Assembly: GCA_951406725.2 (NCBI GenBank)
Contig: OX597837.1
Span: forward strand, 2,170,001 to 2,234,000
Reading direction: 5' to 3'
Length of the DNA: 64,000 nucleotides
Origin: Octopus vulgaris
Lineage: Eukaryota
A program made the translations under genes and the position numbers. Positions within the stretch are counted from its first letter, which is position 1. The number at the start of each line of letters is the position of its first letter. The notes below the pieces were generated by a model. The model had not been told where the DNA came from, did not search any database, and saw only the letters and a list, made by a program, of their open reading frames with translations. Positions 40,703 through 54,643 of this stretch are shown piece by piece.

Positions 40703-41474
40703 CGTTGTCTGATCAATTAGTATCCGGACTGTTGCCATAGTAACGAAGCTAAAGCATGAAGAGTAAATCCGCTAAGCACAGATTGACCTTGAACTCTACT
40801 GTGCATGCGCACTAAATTTTAATGTTTACAGCAGTGCTTGGTAGGAACGTGTGTAGCATGTGATCGTCGCAATGACCATGACAGAGGAAGCTGATCAGAG
40901 AATCGGTATCAAATTTTACCAAACGCTTGGGGACCCCTGCGCAAAATTTTCAAAAAGTATTCATCATTCTCGACACAATGAAGGAGAGTTTTTGTGCAAC
41001 TTTTTGCTCGGCTGAAAACAGTTTGGGCAGAAACTTGGCATTCACGTGTCTCATAGCCAAATCTTCAGTGACAATGGACTGAATTGAACCGTAACTAATT
41101 TGCACATCCACTGATAATTCACGGTTGGTGATTCGATGATTTTCCCTCACAGCTGCACACACATCTGTGATGTTATCGACATTTTTGGGTCATCTTGGAA
41201 GCGTCTGAACCACTCGAACACCAATGTGCGGCTTATACACTTGTCCCTATACTCTTTCTGCCACTTTACATAGGCGTCTGAGCAGGTATCGCCATTACAA
41301 GTTTCTCTGTCGGGATCAATGCGACGACCAAACGCTACAACAGGAGCTACAACATTAAAACTTAGTGCGCATGCAAGAGCAGAGTCCAAGATCAATCTTT
41401 GTCAAGCGGCTTCACTTTGCATGCTTTAGCTTCGTTACTATGGCAACAGTCCGGGTCTTATCGATCAGACCTTG
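40703..41474. mobile_element. Rearranged mariner element built from two inward-facing 5' ends
   Basis: Inverted arms begin TCTGATC.AT.AG..CCGGACTGTTGCCATAGTAACGAAGCTAAAGCATG. The plus arm reads MTEEADQRIGIKFYQTLGD; the minus arm reads GDTCSDAY...VFEWFRRF and RITNRELS...ISYGSIQSIVTEDLAMRHVNAKFLPKL (mariner helix-turn-helix and linker). Confidence 0.8.
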
Positions 41475-41710
41475 CGTGTGTGTGTGTGTCCGCTGCTACC
41501 ACTTGACAACCGATGTGTGTTTGTTTACGTCTCCCTAACTTAGCCGTTCAGTCAAAAAGACCTGACGAAAAAGGCCAAATAAAATACGTGCTTGGCTTCA
41601 ATATAAAAGGAAATCAACTGGGGTTGATTCATTCCACCGAAATCCTCCGAGATTGTGCTCCAGCGTGGCTGCAATGTAATGAGAGAAACAAGCCAAGACA
41701 TACGATGAAA
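41475..41710 (+). mobile_element. SINE family A, decayed 3' half
   Basis: CACTTGACAACCGATG...TTTACGTCTCCCTAACTTAGC...GTGCTCCAGCGTGGCTGCA. Confidence 0.65.
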
Positions 41711-41864
41711 GATACATACAATTGTGCGTAATAATCCTTCTCCTTCTCTCATCTCTCACTCTATCTCTTCATCTCTCTCTGTTTATTGATTGAGACGTAT
41801 GCCACTTTCTCTCCCTCTCTCCTTCTACTTATCTGTCTATGTATGCCATTACTTATACGTGTGT

Positions 41865-41914
<50 letters not shown>

Positions 41915-42273
41915 CTTCAGTCCATCTCTATTAAGCCCGACGATGACGGAGGCACGTATATCCGCCAACGAAACCTTAAGACAACATGTTATTAAATACT
42001 TATCACTCCGGCCGAATTCGTTGAGTGGTAGTTTCTTCCGTCTGCTCACAACCTTCTATATACGTTCATATATATATCTGTGCATGTGTGCATGTATGTA
42101 TGTATGTGTGTGTGTGTCTCAGTGTGTATGCATATATACTCAAGAATATATTAAGACATATATACGTACACACACACATATATACATATATGCTTATATA
42201 TATATGCAGTCATATATACAAATATGCGTATAAGCATATATACATTTAAATATATATGTGTGTACATATGTAT

Positions 42274-42319
<46 letters not shown>

Positions 42320-42384
42320 CATATCAATATATGTATTTATAGGTAGAAAGATAGATAAATAGATAGACGATAAATAAATAAATA

Positions 42385-42440
<56 letters not shown>

Positions 42441-42640
42441 AATAGTTAGTTAGATAGATAGATAGGTAGATACACAGATAGACAGGCAGGCAGGCAGGCA
42501 GGTAGATAGAAAGGTAGAACGTTACGTTCATTTCTCCATATCTCTCAGATGTTTCATGTAATATATATATATACATATGGCGCGCGATACCACGTACACC
42601 AATACAAAACGTTCACACCTTTAAAACCATAACGGCACTC

Positions 42641-42657
42641 CACGCCATCTAGTGGCA
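42641..42657 (-). promoter_or_regulatory. Consensus CTCF-binding motif
   Basis: Minus strand reads TGCCACTAGATGGCGTG, matching the CTCF core CCAC/GYAGRKGGCR, in a short non-microsatellite island. Confidence 0.55.
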
Positions 42658-43010
42658 GAACTGGCTGCAACAACATTAAAACATTAGAAAGTTAAGCATC
42701 GTCATGATCGGCATCGAAGCAGCCATTTATCAAAAGGTCTTCCAATTCCCTGACCGCTCCTCCTATGAACACAAAACACCTCTTTCTTCATTCTTAACCG
42801 TTTTACAATATCACTTGTATCTCTGAAACTTCCCCACGTGGTACAACACATCATCCCTCCCCACACACACACACTTTCTATCCCACATTTTCTCCCTTTC
42901 CACCTTTCATATATGTGTGTGTGTGTGTGAGTTTGTGTGTGTGTAATATATATCTATATATATTATATATATGTATCTATGTTAAGTTTATCTATATATA
43001 TATATAAGTA

Positions 43011-43054
<44 letters not shown>

Positions 43055-43094
43055 CGTTATATGTACATGTATATGATATATATACGTATATATG

Positions 43095-43126
<32 letters not shown>

Positions 43127-43162
43127 CGTATATATGTATATATACGCATATAAGTGTATATA

Positions 43163-43203
<41 letters not shown>

Positions 43204-43339
43204 TCGTATATATATATATATTATATATATAATCTTATATGCATGTAGAAATTCATATGTGTATACATGTATACGTGTGTGTTTGTGTGTGAATGTATGT
43301 ATGTGCGTTTGTATGTGTGTGTGTGTGCGTGTGTGCGTG

Positions 43340-43397
<58 letters not shown>

Positions 43398-44214
43398 CAA
43401 ATGAATTTCAATTTCAACTCCGAATTTTTCATCCGGAGGTTCACTCCGAATTCCTTTGAGCACTACTACGTGTATTCTTCTATGCTTAAGAGATCTGACT
43501 TTTACAAGTAGATTGTATAAAGGTATGTACATGTATAGTGGTGGTTGTGGCGGTGGCGGTGGTTGTGATGGTTGTGGGGATTGTGTTGTTTGTGGTGGCG
43601 GCGGTGGCGGCGGCGGCGGTGGTGGTGGTGGTGGTGGTAGTGATGATTGGGGTGGTGATGGTTGTGGTGACGGTGATAGTTGTGGTGGCGCTGATGATGC
43701 TGTTGAACTCGCTGTCCAGTGGCTGTAGTAGCAGAGGTGTTCTAATGATAGTGGTATCGGTGGTTGTGGTGAGAATTCTGATGCTTTGGTTATAGTGCTG
43801 ATGGTAATGCGGGCTAGCGCATGCACGCACGTGTGTGTGTATGTGTGTGTGTGTGTGTCAAAAATATTGAAGGACATTTACGACAATTAAAGGGAAAGGA
43901 CGAAACATGGCATGCAAAATCGATTTGATCAGCCAACATTTTTTCCAGTCATTACGAATTAGACACCTGAAACCAAGTTGGTATCCTTCATCTGGGAAGC
44001 AACAGTGTTCCAGCAAAGCAAAGCGAACACACTTCGAAAGACTAAAAACACTCGGGACATTTAATCATATTCTTCTGTCTGAAAACAATCAAGATGAAAA
44101 GGAAAGTCTGGTTCAAACCCGACAACAAACAGATCCATCGTATAAACAACGAAGTGACTTTCAAGTTAAGACAGAAGTGAGCAGGGAAAACATTAGTCAA
44201 CGGATCATAGTGGT

Positions 44215-44341
44215 TTCTAATTTTGGCTCAATGCCAGCAATATTGGGGGAGAGGTAAGTCGATTACATCAACACCAGTGTATAACTGCTATTTATTTTAT
44301 CGACCCTGAAAGTATGAAAGTCAACGACGACCTCGGCGGAA
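44215..44341 (-). mobile_element. SINE family B fragment
   Basis: GTCGATTACATCAACACCAG...ATCGACCCTGAAAGTATGAAAG...GACCTCGGCGGAA. Confidence 0.7.
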
Positions 44342-45139
44342 AATGTTGGACGACTTTCGTCTTGGTACAACCTGTTGAGAAGAATCACAGTGGAAGATAT
44401 CATCCAGAATTCTTGCCTTTTATATATTTAGTAGAGAGACTTGTTCAATAGTGTCATGTTTAAACACTCCAAAACTGTTTTGTAGTAGACTAAAAATAAA
44501 CTCGCAAATTATTCTTCTGTCATGACGAGCAAGTTATTGAATCGGTTTCACGGAATGGACTTGTTTTGGCAATCTCTTATTTCACGGTGCCATTCAACCG
44601 GAACTAAAACTTTGACAACAAGAAATTATAAAACTGACACGAAATGTACAATAAAAATAGAAGAAACATGATTTCTTTTTGTCTGTTGTGATGTGTGAAG
44701 TTTTGTGTGTGAGTGTGTGTGAGCGTGTGGGTGTGTGTGTGAGTGTGTGTGAGAGAGAGTGTGTGTGAGAGAGTGTGTGAGTGTGTGAGAGAGAGAGTGT
44801 GTGTGTGTGTGTGGAGTGTTTAAGTGTGAGTTCGAGCAACAAAACGCAGACTGAGTCGAAACATGTTCAACCCGTGCCAGCATAGAAAAAAAATTGACTT
44901 TAATGATGATGTCGATGATGATGACGATGATGATAAGGAGGAGGAAGGGGAGGAGGATGTTGATTATGATGATGATGGTGGTGATGTTACGAGGGTGAAG
45001 ATGGTGGTGATAATGATGATGACGATGATGATGATGAAGAAGAAGAAGAAGAAGAAGAAGAAGAAGAAGAAGAAGAAGAAGAAGAAGAAGAAGAAGAAGA
45101 AGAAGAAGAAGAAGAAGATCATGATGATAACAAAGACGG

Positions 45140-45170
<31 letters not shown>

Positions 45171-45336
45171 AAACATGCACTGGAAATGGATTAAGTGAAA
45201 TGAAATACAAAAATGTTTGCAAAAATACAAAATCCTTAAAGTTTAATTGAATAATTATTTTAAGTTAAGTACATTTGATTTAATTACTAAATTGAAATTA
45301 ATATAGAGACAAGTAGAAATAGACAGACAGACAGAC

Positions 45337-45447
<111 letters not shown>

Positions 45448-46221
45448 TAGAGAGAGATAGGCAGACAGCGAGATAGATAGATAGATAGGTAGGTAGATAG
45501 ATAGATAGATAGATAGATAGATGGATGGATGGATGGATGGATGGTGTGATGGATGGATGGATGGATGGATGGATGAATAGGTGGAGAGAGAGAGAGAGAG
45601 AGACAGAAAGGGAAAATAATATAATATACACTGAGACAAATAGATAATAAAGAAAGATAGAGTTAGAGAGAGGGGGGAGAAAGGAAGGGAGACAGAGAGA
45701 GAGATAGTTACGTGTGTATGTATGTATAAAGTTAACTTTAATACGTCAAGTAAACGTAATATTTGTATTATTTACAACGCCATAATAATTGAAGTGCATC
45801 CACCACCACCACCACCACCACCACCACCACCACCACCACCACCAAAGCAATACAAAAGCATTTGTTTCGGAGTATAAACGAACGCAAATTCACCGTTTCT
45901 TCATCTTTGTGGAACTAATCTCTTCCGAACCACATCCACGTTCGAAAGCCCTCTCGCTCTACCTTCCTCGCATTTTTATTTCAGTTTTTGAACCCTTTTT
46001 ACTTGGTGGCTAATGAAAAGATGCTGACCGGTATTTCTTCCGACTGTGCCTACCGCCATTCGGGGTCGCTAAAACAAGTACTAGTTAAGCACTGGCGATC
46101 AATACAATCAACGTACTCTTCCCCGAAATTGCTGGCCTTGTGCTAAAATTGGAAACCATTGTCCTCCTCATTTAAGGTGCTCATGCTAATAGAGAAACTA
46201 CTATTATCATTATTATTATTA

Positions 46222-46286
<65 letters not shown>

Positions 46287-46826
46287 GAGCAGTGCATCCC
46301 ATCAAAGTGACACTGGGGTAAAATATATGAAGCCCAATATATCTATCATGACTACCCGTCTGATAAGGGTACACCAGGCACATGCATCACAACCATATCT
46401 GCGCGACATGGTGATCTCAAGATAAACAGCACATGACCTTGCAGGTGGGGCCCAGAAATATCTTCTGCTCGAGTAGCCTATCCTGCTCAAAAGGTCCCTG
46501 AATAAGGATTGTTTAAGGATGTTGAACGAACCACCCATGTTTCTAAAGGTGAATTATCCAAACCTCCAAGAATTCCTTTCAACACAAGGTTATGATGCTC
46601 CCCCACTACTTCTGCTCGTGATCAGAGATGCACATATCGTCAGCCACTAAGGGACATGGTCAACCGGTTAAGGTCAAACAACTGACAAGCAAATCTGTGG
46701 TATTGAGCAGAATATTTGCTGTAGCCCATCTTTTATACCAAGCCAAAACAATGTACATGATAACACTCCCAATCAGTTGAGATCAGAAGCCACAAGAGAC
46801 ACTGCCTGGCACTACATCAGGGCATT
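46287..46826 (-). mobile_element. ~530-bp interspersed repeat, family C copy 2
   Basis: Collinear with 24371-24898 and flanked by (ATT)n. Confidence 0.8.
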
Positions 46827-46837
46827 CTATTATTATT

Positions 46838-46875
<38 letters not shown>

Positions 46876-47212
46876 CGTTTTTCTTGTTATCATCCGACTT
46901 CAAGGATGACTTTGGTTTGTCTTACCAATTTATTCATTTAACCAAAAGTCTAAACTGGAAGCGCTATCGCTTAAACCGCTCCCCTGCCACATCTCGCTAT
47001 CTCTGCATCTCTTTCTCTCTTCACATCGTCTGTCTCTCTGTATTTCCTGTACTTCTTTCTCGTTCTAAACAACAGATAAGAATACAGGCAGGATGAGGTC
47101 GTTCTGCTCTCTGACAGAGAAACATACATGAATACACATCCTCACCCAGAGTCGGGCTCACAGGAACTCACACATACAAATACACACAAACAAGCGACAA
47201 ACATATACACAC

Positions 47213-47312
<100 letters not shown>

Positions 47313-47328
47313 GTCTGTCCATCTATCT

Positions 47329-49027
47329 GGGACGAGTGGCGGGCAAGAACGTAGGGTGGACTTCAGTGCCTACCTTTACAGCCTACCACGACTCTCGATA
47401 AGAGAGGTAGGGGGCTGCGAAGGTGCCATCACGGCTGCGGAAGTGCAGGATGCGATGGCAGAATGCTCGAGGGACAAATCGCCGGGTTTGGATGGTCTAC
47501 CCTACGAGTTTTACAGTTGTATGCCAGACTTATTTGGAGACGTCTTGGCAGCGGTGTACTGCAACTGGCAGCAAAACGGGAGCATTCCTGGTTTTGTGAG
47601 CCGAGGAGCCGTAACACTGCTGAAGAAAGATCTAAACAAGGGAAATGTAATAGATAACTTTAGGCCCATCACTCTGCTTAATGCAGACTTGAAAATTTTG
47701 GCCAAGGTGTTAGCCAAGAGGTTGGCGTTTGTCATCGAGAAACTGGTCGACAAGGCGCAAACGTGCGCCGTGCCGGGCCGGAGCATCCATGACAACCTCC
47801 ACCTGATGCGCTACATCATAGACAGGGTAGTTAACGAACTTGGCATGGGTGGGACGCTGATCAATTTGGATCAATTGAAAGCTTTCGATAGGGTAGACCA
47901 TCGATACTTGGAGGCTGTCCTCAGAGCAGCTGGTTTCGATCCCGTTTCCCGCGGCTGGATAGCCGCTTTGTACAGAGGCATCCGTTCGGTAATCCGCGTA
48001 AATGGACATCTATCGAGAACTTTCGACATTGCACGTTCGGTCCGTCAGGGATGCCCCCTCTCGACGCTTCTCTACGTATTGACTCTCGAGCCATTATTGC
48101 GGAAGCTGGCAACTCTGAGGGGCAAATCTGAGGGGCATCCCGCAATAATTGGGATGCGGGACGAGCATGTCTGCATACGCGGACGACGTCACCGTCATAG
48201 TGTCTAGCCACGAGCACATCGAGCTGATCGGCGAGACACTGAAAGACTGCGAAGCAGTGACAGGAGCGAAAATCAACTGGGAAAAGTCAGTGGGCTTGCG
48301 AGACTCGGCACCTGGAGAAGCAAGCCCATGCCGTCCAGCAGCGCCTCCGTCGTGGGACGCTGGACCGACGGTCTGGACGAGTTGCTTGGGGTCTGGTTTG
48401 GTCCGGACCTCCAAATGGAGAAGAACTGGAACGAGATAACGAGTAGGGTGGTCTCTGTCGCCCGGCAATGGGCCGAGAGGAAACTGTCCCTAAAAGGTCG
48501 GGCGGAGGTGGCGAACTCGTACATCGCCTCCGTCATCTACTACCGCCTGACCGTCGTGCCTTGTCCCGACCCTACCATCAGCAAACTAGAACGCATTCTC
48601 TTTTGTTTCTTGTGGAAAGGATGCGTCCCGATGGTCAGGTGATCTATTTGCTGTCAACACCCGTTAAAAGGAGGACTGAGCATGCCGTGTTTGATGATGC
48701 GCAGACACACGCTGAGACTGCGACATCTCCGGCTCTACGTAAACGACGGTGAACAGGTGTGGTCGCCGTTTGTGAGGCACGCTTTCCCGCAACTCGTCTC
48801 CATGACCAAACTGCAGTCGTGGATCAAAAAGAGGCCGAGGAAAGGCGGATGGCACCGCGAGTGTCGCGTTGCTCTCAAGCAACTATGCCGTCCCGGATCG
48901 ACCTTGAGTGACTTCAACACAACCAAAGCATTCTATAGGGGATTAGTGGAGGGGAGGTACGACGACGAGCTCGGGGCGAACCTGGACGTCGACGAGGAAT
49001 ACCTGACCCGCCTGTTCAGGACGACGT
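47329..49027 (+). mobile_element. Tx1/L1-like LINE ORF2 reverse transcriptase fragment (frameshifted pseudogene)
   Basis: Motifs KSPGLDGLPYEFY, NFRPITLLNADLKILAK, DQLKAFDRVDH, SVRQGCPLS, SAYADD, GAKINWEKS and LSLKGRA are spread over several frames. Confidence 0.95.
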
Positions 49028-49327
49028 CCACACACACAAACACACATACACACACACACACACCCACACACACACATATATATATATATATACATATATA
49101 TACAGAGACAGAATATACAGACAGAATGAGGGAGAGCGAATGACCATTTTTAGCAATCTCTCAAAGTCACAAACACAGAAATGCATACTCAAACCTCTTT
49201 CCTGTACTTTTCATCTTTTTAGCCCACAAGAGTTATACGCATATACACCCTCCTCACCATTTCACACACACACGTACACAGACACAAACATATGCATAAA
49301 AGCCACTCCTGCATATATATACATATA

Positions 49328-49435
<108 letters not shown>

Positions 49436-49450
49436 TATATGTATATATAT

Positions 49451-49865
49451 GCAGGAGTGGCTGTGTGGTAAGTAGCTTGCTAACCAACCACATGGTTCCG
49501 GGTTCAGTCCCACTGCGTGGCATCTTGGGCGAGTGTCTTCTGCTATAGCCCCAGGCCGACCAATGCCTTGTGAGTGGATTTGTTAGACGGAAACTGAAAG
49601 AAGTCTGTCGTATATATGTATATATATATGTATGTGTGTGTGTTTGTGTGTCTGTGTTTGTCCTCCTAGCATTGCTTGACAACCGATGCTGGTGTGTTTA
49701 CGTCTCCGTCACTTAGCGGTTCGGCAAAAGAGACCGATAGAAAAGTACTGGGCTTACAAAAGAATAAGTCCCGGGGTCGATTTTCTCGACTAAAAGGCGG
49801 TGCTCCAGCATGGCCGCAGTCAAATGACTGAAACAAGTAAAAGAGTAAAAGAGAGAGTAAAGAGA
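49451..49865 (+). mobile_element. Full-length SINE family A (tRNA head, CORE-like body, internal microsatellite, LINE-shared tail)
   Basis: A box TGGCTGTGTGG and B box GGTTCAGTCCC, then CTTGGGCGAGTG, and tail GGCGGTGCTCCAGCATGGCCGCAGTCAAATGACTGAAACAAGTAAAAGAG. Confidence 0.9.
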
Positions 49866-50092
49866 ATATGTATATATATACGTATATACATATATAAATA
49901 TATATATATATACGTATATACATATATAAATATATATATATATACGTATATAAATATATATATATATATATACACACATATTTATACACTTATGTGTGTG
50001 TGTGTATTCTATAATTCCGCTTTAATATAGCGGTATCAACAGCCAGTTACTAGAACTCGATACATACATACATACATACATACATACATACA

Positions 50093-50126
<34 letters not shown>

Positions 50127-50502
50127 GTCATGTCTACGCACATTCACACACTTGCGCACATACGCATATGCAGACGAATACATAGAAATCACGCAGCTAT
50201 AAACACACAGAAAATCCACCTCCACCATCTTGCTCTCCACCTGACTCTTTCCTCTCCTCCATTCCTCCACACCCATTCACTTCAAATATACGTAATTTAC
50301 CAAAACATACAAAAATATGATTGACAACTTTGAAAATTGTTTTGTAAGTTTTCCTTTGAAGGTCGTTGTGACTGTATATTAAATCATTGCTGAGACATAC
50401 ATCTATACGTACATGCACATTCGCGAATATATATCTGTATATATATATATATACATACAAATGTATATATACATAGATATGTATACATATATACATACAT
50501 AA

Positions 50503-50543
<41 letters not shown>

Positions 50544-50726
50544 TATTTACATACACACACGTATATATATATATATATAAATATGTAGGTACGTATATGT
50601 ATGCATGAATATATATATTTATATGCATGTGTATATATATATATTTATATATATATATATACAAATACATATACATATACATATATACATATTTGTATTC
50701 CTTATCTATATCTTTTTGTGCGTATA

Positions 50727-50802
<76 letters not shown>

Positions 50803-50983
50803 AACACACGCATACATATATATATATATAGATGAACACACCTATATGTGTTAGGTATATGCATTTAAAAGGTAATATATAGAGTTCATCTATATGTGCA
50901 ACAAATGTATACATTATATAGATGCATGCATGTATGAGTATATATAAACACACACGCACAAATATATACATACATATATATAT

Positions 50984-51078
<95 letters not shown>

Positions 51079-51509
51079 TATACATATATATATATACATA
51101 TATATATATATACACACACATGGTGCATGTATATATATTATATATAAGCCGATATACATGTACACACATGTATACATAAATATATAAATGTATATGTTTG
51201 TGTGTGTGCATGTGTGTGTGCGCGCGTCTGTGTTAGTTAAAACAAATGTCTAAAGCTGTTTTGTGTAAATAGATAAAAAAAAAGATTTCACGTATGTTTC
51301 GTAATTGCGTCATGAACTCTGAAAGCTGTGTCATTGGTTAAAATAAAAACGTAAACATGTATATGAATACGTTATTTAAATATAAAAGTATATAATGAAT
51401 TAATTTAGGTATGATGAGCAAATCGTTTGGCCAGGAAGTGAAATCGGAATTTGAATATACATGTATTCATGTTGTTCTCTCGCTCTCTCTCTCTCTTTTC
51501 GCTCTCTCT

Positions 51510-51565
<56 letters not shown>

Positions 51566-51727
51566 TTTATTTGTAAATCAAGGTGTTAATTAAGGCAAAA
51601 AAAAGGAAATTATATATCCACTAATGCGGTCTTCAGCAGTCATTACATCGTTCGACATTTACGTGTATATATATGTGTATGTGTGTGTGTGTGTGTTTGT
51701 GTGTTTGTGTGTTTGTGTGTGTGTGTA

Positions 51728-51785
<58 letters not shown>

Positions 51786-51789
51786 TAAA

Positions 51790-52815
51790 TCGTTTATGGA
51801 TTTGCTTTGCAAGATTCTTTATATGAGTTCGTGTGTTGAAGCATATTCTGTTGTGTCTGGGGAGAGACTTCATGTACTTGATACTGAACTTTGGTTAGAG
51901 ACTGTGAACAATAGAGTGCAGCTCCTCCACTCCTATTACATGAAAGCTATAGCTTCAAAATATGTTGTTCACAAGAACTCAGCTTTGTCCCACAACATGA
52001 AAATTAACATACTAATAGCAGACCTAGTTTAAATAATGAACAATGTGTGTCCCCATTATGCGAACCCTGTGAAATGAAGAAACATACAGAACTTCATACA
52101 CCGCATGCAGTTCTCTGGATATGATCAGAAAGATGGGGTTCGTGTATACAGGGGTCTAGAAAGAAATTAGATAACATTATACGTAATGATACCAGTGGTA
52201 CCTGCCCTGGATATAGAAACAAAGAATGGAATAGAATACAAAGAGCTTGTGACAAAGCAAACAGGGCAAACACGTGGTATAAAACCGACAAATATAAAGG
52301 AGTGATGTTTGTAGAAGCCACAGCCCATGGAGAACTAGCCCGTAGATTTGGAAAAGCTCTGAAGGAGACCAAACTCAACATTAAAATTGTTGAAAAGCCA
52401 GGGAACTCCATCAGATCACAACTATGTAGGACGTACCCGTTTAAGAATACCATGTGCACCAATGATAACTGCATGGTATGTAGGATTAGCCCTGGCATTA
52501 ACTGTAGAACTCGGAATGTAGTTAACAGCATAAGATGCATAGAAGGTGCTTGTAAGGACATGAACATGATGTACATAGGGGAGACGTCTAGGAGCTTTGC
52601 GGAACGGATAAATGAACATCTAAGACAATATGACGACAGAAAACAGTCCTCCATACTCTACCAACATGCCAAAGACCACCATGGAGGTAACTTGGGTCAA
52701 ATTGACACCCGCATCTTATCCAAGCATCCAAAAGACCCAACTCTCAGACAAATACGGGAGTACGTCCTTATAAATGAAACTTCCCCAATATTAAATAGGA
52801 AATATACACAGTAAA
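51790..52815 (+). mobile_element. Penelope-like retroelement fragment: RT thumb region + GIY-YIG endonuclease (ORF 52302-52814)
   Basis: LHVLDTELW...HSYYMK...SALS...KINIL, then YRNKEW...R...K....WY, VMFVEATAHGEL, CTNDNCMVC and NVVNSIRC..C...YIGETSRSFAERINEH. Clearly homologous to ORF 8720-9253. Confidence 0.9.
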
Positions 52816-52917
52816 TACCATACCTGGTATTTACACTGGTAGAGTAGAATAGTTAGTCGACTGTTAGGTAGATAAATGTGTGTATGTGGGTGTGAGTGTG
52901 TGTGTATGTTTTTTTTT

Positions 52918-53352
52918 AATTGATTGATTGATTGATTTGATTGATTCTAGTTTCAGCTCATGAGCTGTGGCCATGCTGGGGCACCGCCATTTGGTGTTAC
53001 TACATGGTTTTACTTCACAAATGCTTTTTGGCAACTCCCATTTGGTGCATGAGAGAGTTCGATGCAGCTGCCCTCATCTGCACCTCCTGCCGTGAAGTTG
53101 GTTCATCTGGGATACCTGACAAGAAGAGATCCAGTTTCATTTTAAAGACATCTGCATCCACCCCATGCAGGTCTCTTAGATTCTTCGGGAGGATATTGAA
53201 GAACTGTGGGCCTCGGAAGCCCAGGCTATCACAGTATCTTGTCCTACATCTTGATGGCAAATTTGGAGTCCTAGGCACCACGCAGTGACGCCCAGTTCTG
53301 GCATTTGTGTAACTCTCGATGCCAAAGTTTGGGACAAGTCCCTCCAGGATCT
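52918..53352 (-). mobile_element. CR1-group LINE 3' end with (AATC)n tail
   Basis: KILEGLVPN...SLGFRGPQFFNILPKNLRDL...FKMKLDLFLSGIPDEP...RAAASNSL, followed by a short 3' UTR and an (AATC)n tail. Confidence 0.8.
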
Positions 53353-54025
53353 TAATCATTATTATTTTTTGCTTTTTTTGTTTTTGTTATATTTTTTTAT
53401 ATTTTTTATTTTTTATTTATTTTTTTAATTTTTTTTCTGTATGTAAGCATTTAGATATGTAAATAAACAGATCAACATACAGACGGATAGGTACATAGGT
53501 TACAAGAACAGACACATATGGAGACACGGATCCACACATATAAAGATGCACATCCATACATACAAACATGGTACACAGTTACATAACACACACACACACA
53601 AGGAGACAGAGGTGCATACATATACAAACACATGCTCACACACACATACATAGAAAATACACAAACACGGACAGGCAAACACATAAATATGTAGGATACG
53701 TACATACAGATGCACACACATACAAACATACATATGCATACACACACATATATACATACATACACATGCAAACACACACACACATACGTACATGTATGCA
53801 TGTATAGGCACACACACATACTGATCCACACACATGCGCACAAACAAACAAAAAGGAATGCAGTGTAAATAACGGTCAGAGTCAAGACTATTGAAAAGGT
53901 TGCAAGACGCAACGGAAATTTTAGGAAAATAAAAATAAGAAATGAGTGGAAATTTTACCGGTGAGTGTGTTAAATAATAAGGCACTAAAAGAGAATGACT
54001 CTCCCCAGATACAACAGAATATACA

Positions 54026-54538
54026 TCTATATATATAAAACTGTAGTTGTGTGAGTGTCTGTCCCCTTCGATTTAGATTCGTAACTACTCCCACATTTTG
54101 CGGTGCAGTTTAACCAAATTCGGGTATCTTATAGTCGTGATTCATATCGAGCTCGTCTGAGTATTAGCGCGCGTCTACGATGAGTCTACGATTTTAAAAA
54201 TAATTTAACATCATTTTTTATTCCATTTTAATGCATAATTTTTCGTGTGTCGATGGCAGCGGAGTTGGCGTCCATGGTCACACCTGCACCTGTTTGCTTC
54301 TCCCCCTTCTTCCCTCCCTCGTGAAGCTGTGGTGAAGGGAGTGTAAGGAAATCAACGTCGTAAAGCGTTGTCAAGGAGACCAGCGTTCTTTTAGAACAAC
54401 GACTTCATGGCTTGAATACACCAAAACAGAAATGGCTAAGAAAGCCCGAATTGGCATCTATAAGGGAAGTAACTCTCTAAAAATGCTTATATAGTTATTT
54501 CCCTTACAAATCCGAGCAACGCCGGGCGATACTGCTAG
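54026..54538 (+). mobile_element. Complete non-autonomous Helitron
   Basis: Starts A|TCTATATATATAAAA. Ends with the GC-rich hairpin CCGAGCAACGCCGGG, then CTAG|T. Sits in an AT target with no target-site duplication. Confidence 0.85.
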
Positions 54539-54549
54539 TATATATATAT

Positions 54550-54643
54550 ATAGTTGAAATCTATAGAAAAACAAAAGACGAAAACCGGTGTATGAACAAC
54601 AGGCAAGTCTAACAGTTTGACGCTCGTTTCTACGTTTCGAGCC
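54550..54643 (-). mobile_element. Truncated third copy of the 10041/36783 repeat
   Basis: TAGTTGAAATCTATAGAAAAACAAAAGACG...TTTGACGCTC...TACGTTTCGAGCC retains only the GAAACGTA half of the hammerhead. Confidence 0.55.
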
